Source: an uncultured Thermoplasmata archaeon (lineage in GTDB: Archaea; Thermoplasmatota; Thermoplasmata; Lutacidiplasmatales; UBA184). From it: a DNA stretch of 64,000 nt. This document shows, one piece after another, positions 58,116-64,000 of the stretch. The translations under genes were made by a program, and so were the position numbers. Each line of letters opens with the position of its first letter. Position 1 is the stretch's first letter. The stretch lies in NCBI GenBank assembly GCA_963719635.1, contig CAVRCS010000001.1:288756-352755 (forward strand). The letters are read 5' to 3'. Below the pieces are notes generated by a model, which was not told where the DNA came from, searched no databases, and saw nothing but the letters and a program-made list of their open reading frames with translations.

Positions 58116-58560
58116 CGGGACCCCATGACGAGCAATCGCACGGTAGGCCGAGCGACAACGCGCCACTTCCCGGGTAGCGCCCGGCCAGCGCCGTCCCAGA
58201 GTTTAAGGTCGGGGACGCCTCCTTCGCCGCGATGCCGGCCCCACGACGCCGCGCGCGCCCCGCGCGCCGACCGACCCTGACTCGCCCGAAGAAGACCCCC
58301 CGGCGACGGGCTCGGCCCCACGGTGGGTTCGTAGGCCGGGACCCCTCCCCTGTACTGGAGAAGTACCCCCCTCGGGAACCCGGGACAACGGCGAAGTCGA
58401 TCCCTCCGTCCCGGTCCGCCCCGATCGCCGCGGCCTCGTCGGCCTCCGCGACCACCGTCAGCCCTCCTCCCCTCCCGCCGCGGGGACCGGCACCGGAGCC
58501 CCCGCTTCAGAGGGCCTGATCCGCCTGGAGGCCCCGTTCGACCCCGACGACTTCTCCCAG

Positions 58561-58818
58561 ATGCTCGGGGAGACAGCGATCCGCCTGACGGTCCCCCGCG
58601 ACTCGCTCGGGGAGGTGCTCCGGCGTGTGACCGAGTTCATGGGGTTCGGGATCTACGTCTACTCGATCGCCGTACGCCCCGCGCCCACCGAACTGCTGAA
58701 GGGGTACGTCGTGGAACTCCAGCGGGTCGACTTCGACCCGCACGCCCAGCGGTGGAAGCCGTTCGTGGAGCGGGGCGCCGTCGACCCGTCGGCCGACTCC
58801 GCGGGCAACCCTGGGTGA
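58561..58818 (+). CDS. Small hypothetical protein (85 aa)
   Basis: Only this ATG-initiated ORF in the gap has good third-position GC. The core is IRLTVPRDSLGEVLRRVTEFMGFGIYVYSIAV. No domain recognised. Confidence 0.3.
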   Translation: MLGETAIRLTVPRDSLGEVLRRVTEFMGFGIYVYSIAVRPAPTELLKGYVVELQRVDFDPHAQRWKPFVERGAVDPSADSAGNPG

Positions 58819-58843
58819 GCCGGGCCGGCGGGAACCACCGACC

Positions 58844-59681
58844 CTACCGCTTGGGGCCGAGCGCCCTGCGGGCCAGGAACGTGGTGAGCAGGATCATCGC
58901 CGCTGCCCAGCCGAAGAGCCCGAGCAGGTAGAACCAGGGGGCGTACGGGTAGTACCTGCTGGCTGCCGGCAAAGAGGTTCAGCCGGACGACCTCGATGGC
59001 GAGCGTGATGGGGTTGTATGAGGCGACGCTCTGGAGCCAGTGGGGCATCGTCCCCCACGGGTAGAGCGCGGCGGAGGTGAGCAGGACGGGCAGATTGATC
59101 GCGTTCACCACTGCGAAGTACGACTGCGGCTGCTCGATCGAGAAGCCGATCGCCAGGAACAGGCTAGCGAACATCACGGAGAGGATGACGACGGCGAGCA
59201 CGATCTCGCTGGCCCCGATCGCCCCGACCGAGGCGGTCACCTTGAGCCCGCTCAGGCCGAGGTGCCCGATCCCGATCGCGAGCCCGAGGACGAGGAACGC
59301 GAGGCCGATCGGCTGGATGACCCCCGCGAGGAGCCGGGAACCGAAGATCGACACCGCGGTCGCCGGGGTCGACGAGACCCGCTTGAGGACGCCGAAGAGC
59401 CGGTCGAAGATCACGTTCGCGCCGATGAACAGCGTTGCCGTCACCGCGACGAACCCGGCCATGCCGGCGGCGAAGTACGAGAAGTACGTCGGCGCCCCGA
59501 GCAGCGTCCGCGCCAGTTCCTGCTGGGTCAGCCCGGCGGCGGCGAGCGCGCCAAGGTTGAACCCCTGGCCGAACAGGAACAGGTAGAGGATCGGCAGCAG
59601 GAGCGCCGTGATGATCGCCTGTGGGTTCCGGCCGAGGCGGAGCAGTTCGCGCCGGGTCAGGGCGCCGAGCTCCCGGATCAT
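58844..59681 (-). CDS. ABC-2-type transporter permease (frame-shifted near 58960)
   Basis: ATG 59681 overlaps the ATPase stop (ATGA). It has 6 TM helices. The last helix (YYPYAPWFYLLGLFGWAAAMILLTTFLARRALGPKR, stop at 58844-58846) is in another frame from about 58955-58965. Confidence 0.75.
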
Positions 59682-60706
59682 CGTCGGCCCCCCATGCTCT
59701 GGCGGACCCGTCCCAGCGTGACCGCGCGGTCGGTGGCGCTCGCGCCTTCGTCCTCCCGGAACTCGCGTCCCGTGAACTGCAGGAACACCTCGTCCAAGCT
59801 CGGCCGCTTGAGCGAGACCCCTTGCAGCCCGACGCCGGCCCGCACGCAGGCGGTGACGACCTCCGGGACGAGCGCCTCGCCGTTGGCGCCTTTCACGCGG
59901 AAGGCGCCGTCCTGCTCTCCGACCGAGGAGACCCCCGGAACGGCCCCCAGGATCTGCGCGAGGTTCGGGGCCGCGGCGGTCGGCCGGACCGTGACGATGT
60001 CGCCGCCGAGCCGGTCCTTCAGTTCCCCCGGGGTGCCGCTCGCCACGATCGACCCGTGGTCGATGATGGCGATCCGGTCGCACATCCCGTCGGCCTCTTC
60101 GAGGTAATGGGTCGTCACGAAGATCGTCGTCCCCTGCGATTTGCGCAGGTCGAGCACATAGCGCCAGAAACCGGCCCGGCCTTGCGGGTCGAGCCCGAGC
60201 GTCGGCTCATCCAGGAACAGGATGCGGGGCGAGTGGATGATCCCGAACGCCAGCTCGAGCCGGCGCCGCATCCCGCCCGAGTACGTCTTGGTGAGGCGGT
60301 CGGCGGCGTCGCCGATCTGCATCTGCTCAAGGAGCCCGTCGATCCGGGAGCGGACCTCGGCGCGCGGCACCGAGTAGAGCGCCGCCCCCAGCTCGAGGTT
60401 CTCCCGGCCGGTGAGGTCGTTGTCGGCGGTCGACTCCTGGAAGACGACGCCGATCCGGCGCTTCACCGCCTCCGGAGCCCGGTTGACGTCGAGCCCGTCC
60501 ACCTGGGCGACCCCCGCGGTCGGCTGGAGGCCCGCCGTGAGCATTCCGACCGTGGTCGTCTTCCCGGCGCCGTTCGGGCCGAGGAACCCGTAGACCTCGC
60601 CGGGCCGGACCGAGAAGTCGACCTCGCGGACGGCCTTGACGGTCCGGTTGTACGTCTTCGAAAGGCCTTGGGCGACGATCGACCCGCGACCCGCGTCGGC
60701 CGCCAT
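59678..60706 (-). CDS. ABC transporter ATP-binding protein (DrrA/CcmA-like)
   Basis: Walker A GPNGAGKTT, signature YSGGMRRRL and Walker B ILFLDEPT. Confidence 0.9.
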   Translation of the reverse strand: MAADAGRGSIVAQGLSKTYNRTVKAVREVDFSVRPGEVYGFLGPNGAGKTTTVGMLTAGLQPTAGVAQVDGLDVNRAPEAVKRRIGVVFQESTADNDLTGRENLELGAALYSVPRAEVRSRIDGLLEQMQIGDAADRLTKTYSGGMRRRLELAFGIIHSPRILFLDEPTLGLDPQGRAGFWRYVLDLRKSQGTTIFVTTHYLEEADGMCDRIAIIDHGSIVASGTPGELKDRLGGDIVTVRPTAAAPNLAQILGAVPGVSSVGEQDGAFRVKGANGEALVPEVVTACVRAGVGLQGVSLKRPSLDEVFLQFTGREFREDEGASATDRAVTLGRVRQSMGGRR

Positions 60707-60707
60707 C

Positions 60708-61136
60708 CTAGGCCCCCTGGCTCATGCGGCTGAGGCGGTCGGCGACGTCCTTCATTGCCGACGCGGCCTTGCCGAAGTCGTCCGCACGGCTGGACCTCAG
60801 GTCCTCCAGGTACGAGACGAGCCCGCGGAGTTCCGCCACCGCTTCGTCGACGGTCCTAGGCCCGAAGCGCCCCGGCCCCCACGTGTGCCCCGTGCCGGTC
60901 GGAGCGGTAAGGGCATACTTCCCGTCGGCCCCCCGGCGAATCGTCCCTTCCTGGGCCATCTCATCCAGGAGGGGGTAGACCGATCCGGGCGACGGTCGCC
61001 AGAAGCCTCGGCTGAACCGCTCGACGTCGTCCATCAGCTCGGCCCCCGTTCGGGGGCCCTGGCTGAGCAGGTGATAGACCAGTGGTCGGAGACCTCGGCG
61101 GTGGCGCGACATCCATGGAGCACCGAAGGCGGACAT
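60708..61136 (-). CDS. PadR-family transcriptional regulator
   Basis: LVYHLLSQGPRTGAELMDDVER...PSPGSVYPLLDEMAQEGTI is a PadR wHTH. It sits directly upstream of the ABC pair. An AT-rich CGATATCG-containing region and CTTATTC lie just upstream of ATG 61136. Confidence 0.75.
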   Translation of the reverse strand: MSAFGAPWMSRHRRGLRPLVYHLLSQGPRTGAELMDDVERFSRGFWRPSPGSVYPLLDEMAQEGTIRRGADGKYALTAPTGTGHTWGPGRFGPRTVDEAVAELRGLVSYLEDLRSSRADDFGKAASAMKDVADRLSRMSQGA

Positions 61137-61288
61137 CGTATTTCCGATATCGAATAAGCGATAGCTGTAGATGAAGATTGCTCACCGCCGGTGACCGGGA
61201 GCGGACGGCCATCCCATCGGACGGCGACTCCCCGGCCGCGACCGAAGGGCAGGGTCTAATCTACGGGAGCGCGCTTCTCGTGCCCTGT

Positions 61289-61507
61289 ATGACATCAGCG
61301 GTTCCGGGCGAGAAGTGGGAGGCGGAATTCCGAGCGGTGCGCGAGGAGCTCGAGAGGCTTCGGGCGGACCAACGAGAGATGGCGGCGGCGATCCAGGAAC
61401 TCGTCACCACGTTTCGGACCCTCGCCACGCACATGGGAATCGCCGCAGAGCCGTACGTCCGCAAGAGCGGGTCGACGCGGAGCCAGGACCTCCCGGGGTT
61501 CGCCTAG
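61289..61507 (+). CDS. Small coiled-coil protein, unknown function
   Basis: ATG 61289 lies about 27 nt after TCTAATCTA. The heptad-like segment is EKWEAEFRAVREELERLRADQREMAAAIQELV. Confidence 0.35.
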   Translation: MTSAVPGEKWEAEFRAVREELERLRADQREMAAAIQELVTTFRTLATHMGIAAEPYVRKSGSTRSQDLPGFA

Positions 61508-61528
61508 GGGGGCCGCCCTCGCCGGCGA

Positions 61529-62569
61529 CTACGTCGGTGTCCGGAGGGCCGGGACGGCCTTTCGCCCGTACCTCCAGCCGCCCTCGATCGGGTAGAGGCG
61601 TCGCAGCCGCGTGTCGACCTTCGAACCGATTCGGACCTCCCCGCGGGTCGCGTCCGAGACGGCGAGGGTGGCACGGACCCCGGGAGCGAGCTCCGCGATC
61701 ACGACCCCGTAGGGGCCGGTCGCTTCGACCTGAGCGTCATACTCGGTCGGCTGGCCGCCGGCGCCGATCCAGGTCGTCGCCACGACCGTCGCTCCGTCCA
61801 GGGGGAGGGGCTCGTCGACGAGGGAGTCGCGGCGCCCGCACGCGCGGCACCGGCCCCGAGCGGGGAACGTCAGACCTCCGCAGGACGGGCACTTCTGCGC
61901 GATGAACCGCCAGCGGCTCGCCCGATTCGCTTCGTCCGTCGGCCGGGGAACGAAGGCGCCCTGGGAGACGGAGGAGAGCGGCGCACGGGTCGACCCCGTT
62001 CCCGTCTTCGCCGCCGGCAGCCCCCGACCGGCGTCCGCGGCCCAGTCTCCCGTCCGAGCGAGCTCCTTGGGGGCCGAGCGAAGCTGGGCGAACAGCCCCG
62101 CGACCGCGCCGTCGGGGCCGTGCTCGCCGGTGAACGGCGGGGCGGAGAGGTCGAACCCGGCTGTGTGGGGGCCCTCCTCGACCAACAGTATGGCTGCGCC
62201 GGCCCCCGGCGGCGGTATGGACCGCTCGGAGCCGACATCGGCGATCACCGCGCCGATCCACGTCGGTCCCTGGTCGGTCTGCGCTTTTTCGAAGGCGTCC
62301 CGGAGAGAAGCGGGAGGGGCACCGAGCGGCTCGGGGTCGAGCTTCGCTCCGAGGGCCGCCTCGAGCGCGGGGGTCTCCAGCGCTCCGGGGAAGCCGACGA
62401 GCCGGAGTCGGACGGGACCGCTCGCGGCGGCGGCCCTCGGGAGGGCGCGCTCGAAGGCGGTCACCAGCATCGTGAAGGCGTCCTCGTCGGCGCCGGCGAG
62501 CCGACGGGCTCCGTCCGAGAACGCCGGGAGGTACGCTGCGGCTCGGCTGACCCCTCGCACTCGGTTCAC
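61529..62569 (-). CDS. Cysteine-free HMG-CoA-synthase-like half-domain fused to a DUF35 zinc-ribbon/OB domain
   Basis: GTG 62569 overlaps the thiolase stop (GTGA). The N-terminal about 200 aa resemble the first half of archaeal HMGCS (AAYLPAF, GADEDAFTMLVTAFERAL, GAGAAILLVEEG) but contain no Cys. The C-terminal CPSCGG...CRACG ribbon plus OB fold is DUF35. Confidence 0.65.
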   Translation of the reverse strand: MNRVRGVSRAAAYLPAFSDGARRLAGADEDAFTMLVTAFERALPRAAAASGPVRLRLVGFPGALETPALEAALGAKLDPEPLGAPPASLRDAFEKAQTDQGPTWIGAVIADVGSERSIPPPGAGAAILLVEEGPHTAGFDLSAPPFTGEHGPDGAVAGLFAQLRSAPKELARTGDWAADAGRGLPAAKTGTGSTRAPLSSVSQGAFVPRPTDEANRASRWRFIAQKCPSCGGLTFPARGRCRACGRRDSLVDEPLPLDGATVVATTWIGAGGQPTEYDAQVEATGPYGVVIAELAPGVRATLAVSDATRGEVRIGSKVDTRLRRLYPIEGGWRYGRKAVPALRTPT

Positions 62570-63753
62570 CCCACCGAGAAGAGCGAGACCGCCGCCGTCG
62601 CCCCGGCGCCACCGACGTTGTGGGCGAGCCCCCGGGTCGCGCCGGGGACCTGGCGGTCGCCGGCGGCCCCGCGGAGCTGCGTGAACAGCTCGTACACCTG
62701 GGAGACCCCGGTCGCCCCGATCGGGTGCCCCTTCGCCTTCAGCCCGCCGTCCGGATTCACCGGAAGCCTCCCGGTCCGGCGGGTCGCCCCCGATAGCGTC
62801 ACCTCGACGGCGCCGCCCGGGGCGCAGAAGCCGAGGTCCTCCAGCGCGAGCAGCTCGGCGATCGTGAAGCAGTCGTGCGCCTCGACCAAGCCGACGTTCC
62901 CCGCGGAGCAGTCCGCCGAGCGGAACGCCTGCTCGGCGGCCCGGCGGCTGGCGGGAAAGGTCGTGAGGTCCGGCCGCTGCTGGACCGCGAGTTCGTCGCT
63001 CGACGCCCCGCAACCGTCCAGGTACACCGGCGTGTCCGTCAGCTTGCGAGCCAGCTCGGGCGAGGCGATCAGGACGGCCGCCGCGCCGTCGCTCACCGGA
63101 CAGCAGTCGAACAGGCCCAGCGGGTCGGCGACCTTCGGGCTCGCGAGCACCTGCTCGACGGTCACCGGCTTGCGGAAGTGCGCGTTCGGGTTCAGCGCCC
63201 CGTTCGCGTGGTTCTTGACCGCGACCTCCGCGAGCGCGTCCGCGCCCCGCGGATACCGCGCCAGGTACTGTGAGGCGATGAGCCCGTAGACCCCCGCGAA
63301 CGTGAGCCCGGCCTGGCGCTCCCACTCGGTGTCGCCGGAGACGCCGAGCCAGTAGCGCCGGCGAGCCGAGCTGACATCGGTCATCTTCTCGAGCCCTGCC
63401 ACGAGAACGAGGTCGCTCCCTCCGCTGGCGACCTCGCGGGCCGCCTCCTGCACGGCGAACCCGCCCGAGGCGCAGGCGTTCTCGACACGGACCGTCGCGA
63501 GGCCGGGGGCTCCGAGCTCCTCGGCGACGATCGCGGAAGCGTTGCCGATCTGCCAGCCGCCGAATCCGAGCGTCGCGAGGTACCCCCGACCGATCCTTTT
63601 CGGGTCGACCCCCCGGTCGACGCTCGCCAGCGCGGCGTCGATCGCCTGGCGGAGGAGCTCGCGGGGACCCTCGGGGAGGACGCCGAACCGCGTGTGCCCC
63701 GCTCCCACGACCGCTGCCCGACGTGCCACGCTTCCCGCCCCGCCAACCGTCAT
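62566..63753 (-). CDS. Acetyl-CoA C-acetyltransferase (SCP-x-type archaeal thiolase)
   Basis: ATG 63753. VENACASGG (nucleophile Cys), HDCF, NPDGGLKAKGHPIGATG and HNVGGAG motifs are present. Confidence 0.85.
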   Translation of the reverse strand: MTVGGAGSVARRAAVVGAGHTRFGVLPEGPRELLRQAIDAALASVDRGVDPKRIGRGYLATLGFGGWQIGNASAIVAEELGAPGLATVRVENACASGGFAVQEAAREVASGGSDLVLVAGLEKMTDVSSARRRYWLGVSGDTEWERQAGLTFAGVYGLIASQYLARYPRGADALAEVAVKNHANGALNPNAHFRKPVTVEQVLASPKVADPLGLFDCCPVSDGAAAVLIASPELARKLTDTPVYLDGCGASSDELAVQQRPDLTTFPASRRAAEQAFRSADCSAGNVGLVEAHDCFTIAELLALEDLGFCAPGGAVEVTLSGATRRTGRLPVNPDGGLKAKGHPIGATGVSQVYELFTQLRGAAGDRQVPGATRGLAHNVGGAGATAAVSLFSVG

Positions 63754-63774
63754 AACGGTCGAGTCGCTCGACCG

Positions 63775-63780
63775 ATTTAA
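63775..63780 (-). promoter_or_regulatory. TATA box for the thiolase operon (leaderless geometry)
   Basis: TTAAAT on the minus strand, centred about 24 nt upstream of ATG 63753. It lies in the divergent gap shared with the UbiX-like gene. Confidence 0.45.
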
Positions 63781-63796
63781 CCCCCGGGGAGCCGCG

Positions 63797-64000
63797 GTGC
63801 GAGAGGAGGGACCGGTCGTCGTGGGCGTCTCGGGCGCCAGTGGCGCCCCGATCGCGGTGAAGCTCCTCGAGGCGCTCCGGTCGGCCGACTGCCCGGTAGC
63901 CCTGGTCGCCACCGCGGGAGGGCTTGCCGTCGTGCGGGAGGAGACCGGCCTCGACGCCGAACAGCTGGGACGCCTCGCCACGACGGTCTACGCCGACGAC
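63797..64000 (+). CDS. ubiX: UbiX-like flavin prenyltransferase, 5' partial (runs off the window)
   Basis: My own translation from GTG 63797 is VREEGPVVVGVSGASGAPIAVKLLEALRSADCPVALVATAGG... The GxSGASG start is typical of UbiX/Pad1. This ORF is not in the supplied track. Confidence 0.55.
   Translation, partial: MREEGPVVVGVSGASGAPIAVKLLEALRSADCPVALVATAGGLAVVREETGLDAEQLGRLATTVYADD

Noticed and set aside
58057-58519. Track ORFs 58232-58519 (plus strand, 95 aa) and 58057-58455 (minus strand, 132 aa) in the gap upstream of the Tes-like gene.
   Set aside because: Both are Pro/Arg/Gly-rich with no motifs and with decaying codon bias. They are not reported as genes, although a frame-shifted remnant cannot be excluded.

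Overview
This is a very GC-rich archaeal chromosomal segment of dense housekeeping core, not an obvious island. Archaeal hallmarks are EF-1alpha plus S10, the S13-S4-S11-RpoD block, proteasome alpha, membrane LonB, MBF1, Pelota, TrmY, an archaeal-type NMN adenylyltransferase, an archaetidylserine synthase/decarboxylase pair, and a Tes-like radical-SAM protein. The lineage guess (a Thermoplasmatota-like euryarchaeon) is inference only. I can support about 70 CDS and 2 tRNAs (Thr-CGU, Phe-GAA). I see no rRNA, CRISPR array, transposase or integrase.

Three general properties shape the annotation:
- About 13 genes, including essential ones (tuf, rpoD, uvrA), are split by single-base frame changes, mostly in G/C runs. 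I read these as assembly or sequencing indels, not pseudogenes.
- TATA-like boxes sit about 25-30 nt upstream of many start codons, which suggests leaderless or short-leader mRNAs.
- Same-strand neighbours very often overlap by 4 nt (ATGA/GTGA), and the high GC produces many long shadow ORFs in the supplied track, which I discard.

The most interesting loci:
- A tandem ribbon-helix-helix protein and a divergent FtsZ paralogue sit behind a TATA box and a perfect palindrome (49.66-51.13 kb).
- A thiolase-fold protein lacking both catalytic cysteines is paired with a DUF35 protein (27.77-29.72 kb).
- A canonical thiolase is translationally coupled to a cysteine-free HMG-CoA-synthase-like half-domain fused to DUF35, next to a UbiX-like gene (61.5-64.0 kb).
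- An ACE-like M2 peptidase with no visible signal peptide lies at 6096-7835.
- Ribosomal protein S13 carries Lys-rich repeat tails.
- Several noncoding gaps of 300-600 nt are unexplained, one with a nested-helix pattern.

All calls come from reading the translations and the DNA by eye. No searches were run.
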